Of a DNA stretch of 34,577 nucleotides, positions 6,804-14,973 are shown one piece after another. A program made the position numbers and the translations under genes. A model generated the notes under the pieces. That model had not been told where the DNA came from. It worked only from the letters and a program-made list of their open reading frames with translations, and did not search any database. The stretch's first letter is position 1, and each line of letters begins with the position of its first letter. Source of the stretch: Candidatus Zixiibacteriota bacterium (GTDB lineage Bacteria > Zixibacteria > MSB-5A5 > SM23-73-2); assembly GCA_049642665.1 (NCBI GenBank), contig JBARPA010000329.1:1-34577 (forward strand), in the 5' to 3' direction.

Positions 6804-8501
6804 ATGAGAAGCATTGAGAGAAAACTTGTAACGGTAACCTGGATAGTGCTGCTGGTGGCAGGTTTTCTCGGTTCAGCCACTGCGCAGGTAGCAACGGAAC
6901 CTGTAGGGGTAGTAGTAAATATGGAAAAGGCTTCAGAAAAAAGGTTTTCTGTTACCGTCGACCCACGAATTGAACTGTTGGCTGTGGTTCAACATTTTAC
7001 CTCCTGGGCCCCGGGATGGCATATAAAGAGCATGACTGCATATAAGGAAGATATAGACAATTATTTTGGTAAATTCAAGGAGCATCCGGTGATAACCCTT
7101 GCCGAAAGTTTATTTTATGCTGATTTTACCTGCGATGCGCCGGTTTCGTTCATGCTCTACCTTGGGGATCCTCCGGAGCTTGTTCAAAAAACTCAGTACT
7201 CGGGCTACCTGATTAAAAGAGCCAAAGGCGTGAAACATTTGGAAGAATTCGCTGATGCGCTCAGGGATTTTGCCAAAAAGACAGACTTTGTGAAATTCTA
7301 CCGGGCTCATAAGGCTTTATATGACACTCTGGTGGCAGAGGTGGATTCGTTGTTTGAAGGGAAAGACTACGTTGGGGTGATTGAGGATTTTTATGGTGAA
7401 TCGAGAAACAGCTATAACCTTATCCTCTCTCCTTTGTTTGGAACAGGAGGTGGCTATTCCCATACAATAAAGACCAATGAAGGATATGATCTTTTCGCTG
7501 TACTTGGCCCTTGTTCGCTCAAAGGCAAGCGAACGACTTTTGCCTGTCCCAATTTTGAAAGTATAATGCTGCACGAATGGAGCCATCATTTTGTCAATCC
7601 TCTGGTAGACCAAAACTTTGATATCTTTACGAAATCTACTGGCCTGTTTGAACCCATCAAAGAAATGATGCAAAGACAGCAGTATCCCGATTGGAAAGTT
7701 GCCCTTTACGAGCACATTGTGCGTGCCTGTGCTGAGATTCATCTTCTGGCCAAATTTCACAGAGATTTCAAAAAGGAGGAAGCCCTGGAATACCACGAGG
7801 GAAAGGGGTTCTGGTACATCAGCTATATTGACAGTTTGCTGGGCGTGTATGATACCCACAGAAAGGAATATCCAACTTTCGGTAAATTTGTGCCGGTGAT
7901 TGCCACAGGACTCAGCCAGATCTCCGTTGAAGATCTACCGGAAAGATTAACTGCCTTTGCAGGACCTCTAAGTGCTATCTTCTCCCGCACCGATAGCATC
8001 CATCTCATATATCCTACTGACATTGATGAGGAGTTGGCAAACAAGGTTAAAAAAGACCTGGAAAACTTTGCCGCATTTCTCTCTTCGGCAAGAATAGAGC
8101 CTGTGCTTATAAGCGATAAAGAGGCTATAAAGATAGATTGGCAGGATAAAGTTGGTTTCATTTACGGCAATCCAGGGGACAACCTGTTTTTAAGAGAACT
8201 TAAAATCGCAATTCCATTGAGGTTTCGTGAAAACGCCTTAGAATTTGGAGGAAAAAGATATGAAGGTGAGGGAATGATTTTGATCTCCTGCATGCCCAAT
8301 CCATTTAATAAAAAGCTACCTTTTGCTATCATGACTGCAAACAGGCCAGAAGATCTTATCGGAGCCGGTTCGAAAATCAGCAGTCCAGGCGAGTGGAACG
8401 CAGATTACGTAATCTTTCGTGGTGAGGAGAAATTGGATGGCGGATTGTACCACAAAGAAAAAGGCAAATGGTCTCTGATTGCGGGTGAGAAGCAAAATTG
8501 A
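6804..8501 (+). CDS. Secreted putative zinc metallopeptidase (HEXXH motif; DUF4932-like)
   Basis: I prefer the ATG at 6804, with AGGAGG 6 nt upstream, to the TTG at 6768. The signal peptide is MRSIERKLVTVTWIVLLVAGFLGSATAQ. The motif IMLHEWSHHF is HEXXH. The DUF4932 assignment is from memory only. Confidence 0.6.
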   Translation: MRSIERKLVTVTWIVLLVAGFLGSATAQVATEPVGVVVNMEKASEKRFSVTVDPRIELLAVVQHFTSWAPGWHIKSMTAYKEDIDNYFGKFKEHPVITLAESLFYADFTCDAPVSFMLYLGDPPELVQKTQYSGYLIKRAKGVKHLEEFADALRDFAKKTDFVKFYRAHKALYDTLVAEVDSLFEGKDYVGVIEDFYGESRNSYNLILSPLFGTGGGYSHTIKTNEGYDLFAVLGPCSLKGKRTTFACPNFESIMLHEWSHHFVNPLVDQNFDIFTKSTGLFEPIKEMMQRQQYPDWKVALYEHIVRACAEIHLLAKFHRDFKKEEALEYHEGKGFWYISYIDSLLGVYDTHRKEYPTFGKFVPVIATGLSQISVEDLPERLTAFAGPLSAIFSRTDSIHLIYPTDIDEELANKVKKDLENFAAFLSSARIEPVLISDKEAIKIDWQDKVGFIYGNPGDNLFLRELKIAIPLRFRENALEFGGKRYEGEGMILISCMPNPFNKKLPFAIMTANRPEDLIGAGSKISSPGEWNADYVIFRGEEKLDGGLYHKEKGKWSLIAGEKQN

Positions 8502-8507
8502 GAGAGA

Positions 8508-8666
8508 GTTAAGCAGGCCCTGGGTCGGTAGACCCGGGGTTACCCATATATAGACAAGATATCTATAGAGCTCTCAACGGATGTAAAATTATGGTCGGGC
8601 AAGGTGCCCGACCTACGAAGAATAGATGATTTATATTACCGTAGGCAGGGCTCCCCAGCCCTGCTA
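8508..8666 (+). repeat. Repeat cluster: GTTAAGC, P, the E2 GC hairpin, and one inverted REP-like hairpin
   Basis: GTTAAGC lies at 8508-8514. P is CCCTGGGTC-GGTA-GACCCGGGG followed by TTACCC (8518-8545). The perfect hairpin GGTCGGGCA-AGG-TGCCCGACC (8593-8613) is followed by TACG. Then comes GTAG (8641-8644) followed by GCAGGGCT-CCCC-AGCCCTGC, which has the opposite polarity. Confidence 0.8.
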
Positions 8667-8759
8667 AACGAGATTTGGATGGTGATCAGGGAAATAACCG
8701 AATCATGCGACATTTTGAAGTCAAATATTATCTATCTTATGTGTGAGGTATGAAAAACT

Positions 8760-9491
8760 ATGGATTTTTCTAATGTTTATGAGGATGGTAAGCGTGCGGA
8801 GTCATACGCCAAACTTGAATTTCCGGGGACTTATTACTTAGCATACAGGGATATACCTGAAATTGTTCTTAAACACGTTAAAGGAAGAAAAACAATAGAC
8901 TTCGGATGCGGAACAGGAAGATCAACAAGATTTCTTAAAAAATGCGGATTTGATGCGGTCGGTATCGATATCTCAAAGGATATGATAAAAAAGGCAAAAG
9001 AACTTGACCCTGATGGTGATTACCGATTGAATGTAGATGATGATTTTAAACAATTTGAAAAGCATCACTATGATTTGATTTTATCGGTATTTACTTTTGA
9101 CAATATTCCAGATGTTGAAAAAAGAATAAAACTGCTTAAAGGACTTAGCAATTTGCTAAATAAAGAAGGCAGGATAATTCTTATTAATTCAACTCCCGAA
9201 ATCTATATAAATGAATGGTCATCCTTTTCCACTAAGGACTTTCCGGAGAATAGAAAGGCAAAAAGCGGGGAAAAAGTGAAAATCGTAATGACAGACGTGG
9301 AAGACAAAAGACCAGTAGAAGATATTGTATGGTTTAATGAAGATTATTCAGAATTATTTGCCAGGACTGGATTAGAATTAATCGAATCACATAAACCTTT
9401 AGCCAAGGACGATGAACCATACGAATGGATTAATGAAACAAAAATCGCACCCTGGATTATTTATGTATTAAAAAAGGGGATCGCCCAATAA
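8760..9491 (+). CDS. Class I SAM-dependent methyltransferase
   Basis: Motif I is IDFGCGTGRSTRFL, and the post-I acidic residue is in VGIDIS. The length of 243 aa is typical of the Methyltransf_11/25 families. Confidence 0.8.
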   Translation: MDFSNVYEDGKRAESYAKLEFPGTYYLAYRDIPEIVLKHVKGRKTIDFGCGTGRSTRFLKKCGFDAVGIDISKDMIKKAKELDPDGDYRLNVDDDFKQFEKHHYDLILSVFTFDNIPDVEKRIKLLKGLSNLLNKEGRIILINSTPEIYINEWSSFSTKDFPENRKAKSGEKVKIVMTDVEDKRPVEDIVWFNEDYSELFARTGLELIESHKPLAKDDEPYEWINETKIAPWIIYVLKKGIAQ

Positions 9492-9497
9492 TGTCCA

Positions 9498-9583
9498 AAA
9501 CAGCGTATATGCGATATAGACGAATGTTTACAAACTTTTCACAATATTCGACATACTCTAATATGAACGAGTCAGACAAAATG
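9498..9583 (+). repeat. M4-type repeat fragment (3' part of E3 only)
   Basis: AACAGCGTATATGCGATATAG matches 4810-4830 (AACAGACGTATATGCGATATGG). The end ATATGAACGAGTCAGACAAAAT matches ATATAAACAAGTTAGGCGAAAT. GTCAGAC lies at 9571-9577. Confidence 0.6.
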
Positions 9584-9646
9584 CTCACTACGGACAAAGG
9601 TTATCTAAAATAACAAAAAGTGTTTTTATTGCAAAAGAGGTTCAAA

Positions 9647-10645
9647 ATGAAGACTTTATGGCTCATTCTGATCGTACTGGTTGCCATAGCTGTTTTGATT
9701 TTGGCGCTGACCTACCCGGGCTATCAAAGTGAAATGCAGGCAGCGCGTGACGGGTTGTTATTGAATAGCGAAATAATGCATACAGACCTTGGTGATATTG
9801 AATATTCGATGAAGGGGGAAGGTTCACCGATCCTTTTGCTCCACGGTGCCGGGGGCGGTTATGACCAGGGGCTCTGGCTTGGCAAGGTAAGCCTTGGGGA
9901 TGGTTATAAATTCATCTCGGTTTCTCGGTTTGGTTATCTTCGCTCGCCAGTTCCTGAGAATGCTTCGATCAAAAAACAGGTTGCGCTATACCTTGCTCTT
10001 CTTGACAATCTGAACATAGAGAGAGTTCTTGTCGTCGCGGGCTCAGCTGGAGGCCCCTCAGCCTTGCAGTTTGTTCATGAATATCCTGACCGATGTTCGG
10101 CATTGATACTATTTTCCGCCCGAAGTATGTTTCAGGCACCAGGTGATAAAGAGATGTTTTACGTTAACATCATTCATCTCATCCAGCAATCTGATTTTGC
10201 ATACTGGCTCTTCGCCAAGTTTTTCCAATCTGTAATTCTGGAGCTTATGGGAATTCCTACTGAAGTATACAAGAGTTTTACTCCGGAACAGAAAGAACTG
10301 GCTCAGGAGATGCTGGATATGATGCATCCCATGAGTCAAAGGTACAAGGGGACGATACACGATGGGGAAATGGTCCTGCTTGATAGTGTGTCTATGAGCG
10401 AGATATCTGCGCCTATACTGATAATACACAGCAAAGACGATGCACTGGTGAGCTACGAGCACGCTGAGTACGTTCATAAAAACATTAAACAATCGAAACT
10501 GATACTTTTCGACACAGGCGGACATGTAATGCTATCTCAAATGAATGAAGTCAGGCAATACGTAAAAACATTCTTGCGCGATATCTTAAAATCAAATACA
10601 TCAATACTGTTTTATTCTGAAACAAAAATAGTACCCCTTTACTGA
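9647..10645 (+). CDS. Alpha/beta-fold hydrolase with an N-terminal membrane anchor
   Basis: LLLHGAGGG forms the oxyanion region. VVAGSAGGPSA is a GxSxG-type nucleophile elbow. HSKDD and GGH are the Asp and His regions. The ATG at 9647 (AGAGG 7 nt upstream) is preferred to the GTG at 9620. Confidence 0.8.
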   Translation: MKTLWLILIVLVAIAVLILALTYPGYQSEMQAARDGLLLNSEIMHTDLGDIEYSMKGEGSPILLLHGAGGGYDQGLWLGKVSLGDGYKFISVSRFGYLRSPVPENASIKKQVALYLALLDNLNIERVLVVAGSAGGPSALQFVHEYPDRCSALILFSARSMFQAPGDKEMFYVNIIHLIQQSDFAYWLFAKFFQSVILELMGIPTEVYKSFTPEQKELAQEMLDMMHPMSQRYKGTIHDGEMVLLDSVSMSEISAPILIIHSKDDALVSYEHAEYVHKNIKQSKLILFDTGGHVMLSQMNEVRQYVKTFLRDILKSNTSILFYSETKIVPLY

Positions 10646-10705
10646 AGCATCGACGTAAATTTGACACAGAGCGCAAAGTAATTGAAAGGAGATAAGTAGA
10701 TTCAG

Positions 10706-11200
10706 ATGGTAATCAGGGAAATGAGTGAGGGGGACATAGGAGCCTGTGTTGACCTTTCTAATCGAGTGAGAAGGGAATCCTGGGAGAAGTTTGAAAAGGA
10801 GCTTTATCCCCAGTATCTTTTTGAGGAGGAGCTGAAACAATATTCTGATGAGACTCTGTCTCGCTTTATCAAAAGTGATAATTCCTTTGCCTTTGTGAGC
10901 GTGGATAAATCTGAGGTGATGGGTCTGGCTATGGGTAGGGTGAACGAAGGCGGACTTGTGGATTTGTCCTGGATATGCGTTGATCCTTTAGCTCGAGGCA
11001 AGGGAATCGGAAAGAAGTTGATAAACAAAGTCGTAGAATATTCAAAAAGCAAAGGCTGCCATAAGATTTTTGCCTATACTTTTCCCGCTATTGCTCCCAC
11101 GGTCAGTTTTTATCTGAGATGTGGATTTGTGCCTGAAGCATATTTTAGAAAGCACTGGTATGGACTGGATTTTGTGATGATGAGCAAATGGCTGGAATAA
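10706..11200 (+). CDS. GNAT family N-acetyltransferase
   Basis: Acetyl-CoA motif A is ICVDPLARGKGIGKKLI. The size (164 aa) and C-terminal GF..E are typical. No repeat separates it from the hydrolase gene, so the two form one unit. Confidence 0.8.
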   Translation: MVIREMSEGDIGACVDLSNRVRRESWEKFEKELYPQYLFEEELKQYSDETLSRFIKSDNSFAFVSVDKSEVMGLAMGRVNEGGLVDLSWICVDPLARGKGIGKKLINKVVEYSKSKGCHKIFAYTFPAIAPTVSFYLRCGFVPEAYFRKHWYGLDFVMMSKWLE

Positions 11201-11220
11201 AAAATTAGATTTTATGATTG

Positions 11221-11340
11221 CCCTGGGTCTGGAGACCCAGAACTACCCAGATATAATTCTTTAAACACTGGGTGTAGTCATAATTCAAAAACAGAGAATA
11301 AAGAGACCTATATTAGAGATATCCGGATATAAGCAGGTGA
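11221..11340 (+). repeat. Structured repeat, type E3 (diverged copy)
   Basis: P is CCCTGGGTC-TGGA-GACCCAG followed by AACTACCC (11221-11248). The second hairpin, CTACCCAG..CTGGGTGTAG, carries a compensated G:C to A:T change relative to other copies. It also has the AATAAAGAGA linker and the ATATCCGGATAT palindrome. Confidence 0.8.
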
Positions 11341-11346
11341 TGTTCA

Positions 11347-11802
11347 ATGCAATTTTTCAAGTTGTCAGATTATTCAAAGGAGACAAAAGCTCACGGTCTG
11401 GCGTGGATATCACTGAGTGTGGCTATTGGCATCCACGTATTTGATGAAGCCATTACCGACTTTCTCTCTTTCTACAATCGTTTTGTGGATTCGATACGGC
11501 AGCACGCTCCATTCCTGCCACTGCCAACATTTACCTATGGAGTATGGCTGGCTGGTTTAATCGTTGGAATCATCATCTTACTTTGCCTAAGCCCTCTTGT
11601 CTTTCGTAGCAACCGATGGATGTTTCTGGTATCTTATCTGTTAGGGACGATTATGATCGTAAATGCAGTAGCTCATATGGCAGGATCTGTCATCATGGGA
11701 GGACCTATGCCAGGAGTCTATTCGTCATTTCTATTGCTTGCCACAGCCGTTTTTTTGATAATTAATGCTCGGAAACATCAATTAAAATCGAGGCTCTGTT
11801 AA
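11347..11802 (+). CDS. Integral membrane protein of unknown function (about 4 TM helices; HxxEE-like HVFDE motif)
   Basis: Four hydrophobic segments. The motif IHVFDEAITDF resembles the HXXEE-domain family, which I recall from memory with low certainty. Confidence 0.55.
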   Translation: MQFFKLSDYSKETKAHGLAWISLSVAIGIHVFDEAITDFLSFYNRFVDSIRQHAPFLPLPTFTYGVWLAGLIVGIIILLCLSPLVFRSNRWMFLVSYLLGTIMIVNAVAHMAGSVIMGGPMPGVYSSFLLLATAVFLIINARKHQLKSRLC

Positions 11803-11849
11803 GAATCCTTCTAACACATAAATGGAGATTAATATTCCGGAGATTTTAA

Positions 11850-11969
11850 ATGAAGACTAATAAAAGTAGGAGTAATAAGTACATAATTCGTAATCTGGCG
11901 ATTCTGGGTATGACCCTTTCTCTGGCCGAGGCTATTGGAGTTAAGATTTGGTTTTCGCCCGGCATTTGA
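11850..11969 (+). CDS. Possible 39-aa small membrane peptide (absent from the ORF track)
   Basis: ATG at 11850 with GGAGA 6 nt upstream. The peptide is MKTNKSRSNKYIIRNLAILGMTLSLAEAIGVKIWFSPGI, with a basic N-terminus and one hydrophobic stretch. Stop TGA at 11967-11969. There is no other support. Confidence 0.25.
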   Translation: MKTNKSRSNKYIIRNLAILGMTLSLAEAIGVKIWFSPGI

Positions 11970-11977
11970 CACCGAAT

Positions 11978-12030
11978 CCTGGGTCGGGAGACCCAGGGCT
12001 ACCCGGATTTAAGCTTTTAAATGCAGGGAG
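11978..12030 (+). repeat. Truncated E3 repeat (P plus the start of M3)
   Basis: CCTGGGTC-GGGA-GACCCAGG followed by GCTACCC (11978-12004), then GGATTTAAGCTTTTAAATGCAGGG containing the stem ATTTAA/TTAAAT. It is fused directly to the ribosome-binding region of the next gene. Confidence 0.8.
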
Positions 12031-12038
12031 ACGAGGAA

Positions 12039-12509
12039 ATGAAAGACAAAAAAGATTTAATTGCCTACTGCGGGCTTTATTGTGGTACCTGTAGTTTCAA
12101 GGTTGCATATGAGGAAAAAGATCATAAACACCTGCAGGATATGCCCTCAAAATATGATAAATATAAGGATGCTGAATTGCAATTCTGTCCTGGCTGCAGA
12201 TTAGATGCTCAATCCGGTGGATGCAAAATACGAGAATGTGCTATGAGTAAGGATATCCCTCATTGCGGTGAATGTGATGAATTCCCCTGCGAATCATTAA
12301 TCGAATTCAATAATGATGGCATGCCGCATCATTCGGATTCAATTAACAATTTAAGAAAGTTGAGGAATAAAGGAGAAGAATCCTGGCTGGCCTATCAGGC
12401 AAAGAGATGGGAATGTGAATGTGGTGCTAAACTATCCTGGTATTTAAAAAAATGCACAAAATGCTTGAAGCCAGTTAAAATAAGCTTTACAATAAATGAA
12501 AAAAAGTAA
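12039..12509 (+). CDS. DUF3795 domain protein (Cys-rich, putative Zn/Fe-S binding)
   Basis: MKDKKDLIAYCGLYCGTC...CPGC...CKIRECA...CGECDEFPC matches the DUF3795 Cys pattern. I prefer the ATG at 12039, because the track start at 12021 lies inside the repeat and the paralog begins at the homologous MKDK. Confidence 0.75.
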   Translation: MKDKKDLIAYCGLYCGTCSFKVAYEEKDHKHLQDMPSKYDKYKDAELQFCPGCRLDAQSGGCKIRECAMSKDIPHCGECDEFPCESLIEFNNDGMPHHSDSINNLRKLRNKGEESWLAYQAKRWECECGAKLSWYLKKCTKCLKPVKISFTINEKK

Positions 12510-12559
12510 CCTTGTAAAGACATTTTATGTTAAATAAAAATAGACAAGGAAACAAGAAG

Positions 12560-13012
12560 ATGAAAGATAAACAGGAATTACTTGCATATTGCGGGCTTTA
12601 TTGCGGCGATTGTTTAGGTTACACCGGTTTACTCGCCAAGAGGGCAAAAAGCTTAATGACGGTGCTGGAGAAACATCAGTTTGATCGAACTGCAAAAACT
12701 GTGTTTCCCAAGGAGCTTAAAGAGTATGATAGATTTCATCAGATGCTGGGATTTATGACCGGTTTGAAATGCCCTAAAATCTGCAGGGAAAGGAAAGACA
12801 ATGAAACATCCTGCGAGATCAGGAAATGCTGCATAGATAAGGACATTTATGCCTGTTATGAGTGCGAAGATTTTGAGACCTGTGACAAGCTCAAGTCATT
12901 TATGAAGGGGCTTCATTTTGATTCCTGCGTGAGGAATCTGAAAGCTATTAAGGAAATGGGGCTGGATGCCTGGATAAAAAAGGGCAAAAAAGTCTGGTAC
13001 TGGAATGAGTAA
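12560..13012 (+). CDS. DUF3795 domain protein (tandem paralog)
   Basis: MKDKQELLAYCGLYCGDC...CPKIC...CEIRKCC...CYECEDFETC. The start at 12560 was chosen by homology with the upstream paralog. The track start is 12527. Confidence 0.7.
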   Translation: MKDKQELLAYCGLYCGDCLGYTGLLAKRAKSLMTVLEKHQFDRTAKTVFPKELKEYDRFHQMLGFMTGLKCPKICRERKDNETSCEIRKCCIDKDIYACYECEDFETCDKLKSFMKGLHFDSCVRNLKAIKEMGLDAWIKKGKKVWYWNE

Positions 13013-13226
13013 ATGATTGCTCATATTTCAACGGGAACCGAAAATCTGCCTTCGATTCGCTTTTTGCCGTGGCCTTAGCTCGGTCACACCAGAGTGGATA
13101 AAGGAGAAATCCAAGATTTCTCCAAATTGTCTTCTGTGATTTGCTTTATGCTGGAAACGTCAGACGCAACCTGCCTACGGGTCGCCTTTGGGGAAGTTCA
13201 ATAAATACATTTGAAAGACTGATCTT

Positions 13227-13994
13227 ATGGGTGTGAGAATGAAACAGATTGATGTTAAGAAAAGAATTAGGAAACTTCTTTTGAGAGCCAGAGAAATCTC
13301 CAGAGAGAAAGGAATTTACTCCGTTGTTCGTTCTGGAGTTAAAATAACTGTCAATTGGTTAGTAAACTATCTTTGCTATTGTTACTATCGAAAAATCAAA
13401 TGGGCAGAGATCTTTACATTCCAAGGGAAAACCTATCGTTATTTCTATCATAGATATAATCATACCTGGAAAAACGAAAGAGCAGTCGAAATCCCCATTA
13501 TTTGGGCATATTTGAAAAAATATCATGCAAGGAGAACTCTTGAAGTAGGTAACGTTCTCTCACATTATTTCCGTGTTAATCACGATATTATAGACAAATA
13601 TGAGAAGGCGGATGGTGTAATTAATAAAGATATTGTTGATTTCAAGCCTCTTAAGAAATATGATTTAATCGTTAGCATTTCAACCTTAGAACACGTTGGC
13701 TGGGATGAAAATCCACGAGAACCCGTTAAAATTCTTCATGCTATTGAGAACTTTAAAAATCTTCTTTCTCCTGGTGGCACAGCAATTGCCACAGTACCAT
13801 TAGGTTATAACTCTGAAATGGATGAGCTCTTAAAAGAGAGGAAGACAAAATTCACCAAACAATACTACCTGAAACGAATCACCAAAAACAATAAATGGAT
13901 AGAAGCAGGTTGGGATGATGTTTGTGATGCGAAATATGGAGAGCCTTTTCCCAACGCAAGCGCATTGGTTATCGGTATCATTGTAAGAAAATGA
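13227..13994 (+). CDS. SAM-methyltransferase-like protein (degenerate motif I)
   Basis: LEVGNV.. (a weak motif I), DIVDF, YDLIVSISTLEHVG and LLSPGGTAIATVP follow the class I methyltransferase order. The start is uncertain (13227 or 13239). Confidence 0.5.
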   Translation: MGVRMKQIDVKKRIRKLLLRAREISREKGIYSVVRSGVKITVNWLVNYLCYCYYRKIKWAEIFTFQGKTYRYFYHRYNHTWKNERAVEIPIIWAYLKKYHARRTLEVGNVLSHYFRVNHDIIDKYEKADGVINKDIVDFKPLKKYDLIVSISTLEHVGWDENPREPVKILHAIENFKNLLSPGGTAIATVPLGYNSEMDELLKERKTKFTKQYYLKRITKNNKWIEAGWDDVCDAKYGEPFPNASALVIGIIVRK

Positions 13995-14269
13995 TTTGGC
14001 GACCCTTTCGGCAGACTTTTCGGAGTACCTGGCAGTCCTCGACTCCATCGGGAGCGTACAACACGGGCTATAACTCCACTTCGTTCGCACCAATGGGCCT
14101 ACGCCAACTTGGTACAGCCTGAAAACGTTAGGTAAAATGGAAGAAGAAAAAGGAATAGAAAGATGATAGAAGATGCAGAACAATGGATAGCAATGGGTCT
14201 TCTGAGGGAAAAAGCAGCCTAACGGGTCTGGAGAACCAGGGCTGCCCGGATTTAAAGCTTAAGTTATGC
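13995..14269 (+). repeat. Mosaic repeat cluster: B3, full M1, P, and a truncated M3
   Basis: B3 ends GGTACAGCCTGAAAACGTTAGGT, with GTTAGGT at 14127-14133. M1 spans 14134-14223 and ends in a perfect inverse-core-like GCCTAAC (14217-14223). P lies at 14224-14247. GGATTTAAAGCTTAA is followed by GTTATGC (14263-14269), which overlaps the ATG of the next gene. Confidence 0.8.
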
Positions 14270-14889
14270 TGGAAAACCTGTATTTAAAAGGCAAAGGAGT
14301 GATAATACGAGATCTGAAAAGGGGGGATATTGACGAAAGATTAAAATGGAAACCATATCCTGATCCATTGTATTATCATTATAATCGACCTCCTTTGTCT
14401 AAGGTTGAAAAGGAACTGTGGTATATGAGAAAAAGAGAGGACCCGAATTTGGTATATCTTTCTGTTGATAATTTGAAAGGTGATCTGATCGGCTTTTTGT
14501 TGCTTTACAAAATCGACAAAAAGGCTAGAGCCTCCTGGATGGGCATTTATCTGGGATATGAATACATTGACCAGGGATATGGTACCGATGCCCTTCAAAC
14601 TATGATGAAGTATTACTTTGAGGAATTGGATTATGAGAAACTGTTTCTGGATGTTGCAACTTTGAACAAAAGAGCCATCCGATGCTATGAGAAATGTGGA
14701 TTCAAACATTTAAGAACCAAATTCAATCTTCACGATCCCCGAACCCAAATTGATGTATTCTCAAATGATAGATTTAAAAATGTGAGAAAGTATTTCAGGA
14801 AAAAAGGAAAAGACATTTTAGTACAATTTGAGGAGATGGTGATAACCAGGGAGATGTGGCTGAACAGGAAAGGGTGTCCCAACGGATGA
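14266..14889 (+). CDS. GNAT family N-acetyltransferase (RimJ/RimL-like)
   Basis: An Acetyltransf_3-like layout: IIRDLKRGDID, MGIYLGYEYIDQGYGTDAL and NKRAIRCYEKCGFKH. Confidence 0.8.
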   Translation: MLENLYLKGKGVIIRDLKRGDIDERLKWKPYPDPLYYHYNRPPLSKVEKELWYMRKREDPNLVYLSVDNLKGDLIGFLLLYKIDKKARASWMGIYLGYEYIDQGYGTDALQTMMKYYFEELDYEKLFLDVATLNKRAIRCYEKCGFKHLRTKFNLHDPRTQIDVFSNDRFKNVRKYFRKKGKDILVQFEEMVITREMWLNRKGCPNG

Positions 14890-14944
14890 AACGGAATTTT
14901 CAATTTCATTATTGTTGTTTCTGCTTTTAGGAGTTGTATATTAA

Positions 14945-14973
14945 AAGACGCAGGCTGAAAGAACCTGCGTCTT
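14945..14973. terminator. Bidirectional stem-loop between convergent genes
   Basis: AAGACGCAGG-ctgaaagaa-CCTGCGTCTT is a perfect 10-bp stem. A/T-rich flanks lie on both sides, though the U-tracts are short. It sits between the GNAT stop (14889) and the stop of the small minus-strand ORF (14997). Confidence 0.6.

Noticed and set aside
13103-13123. Hairpin GGAGAAAT-ccaag-ATTTCTCC as an intrinsic terminator after the DUF3795 pair
   Set aside because: The 8-bp stem is perfect, but no U-tract follows on the + strand (AAATTGTC). I noted it as a hairpin only.
1336-14269. Possible CRISPR array, because a conserved palindromic repeat recurs many times
   Set aside because: The repeats are 50-350 nt composite modules at irregular 0.1-2 kb spacing, the intervening 'spacers' are full protein-coding genes, and no cas genes are present.
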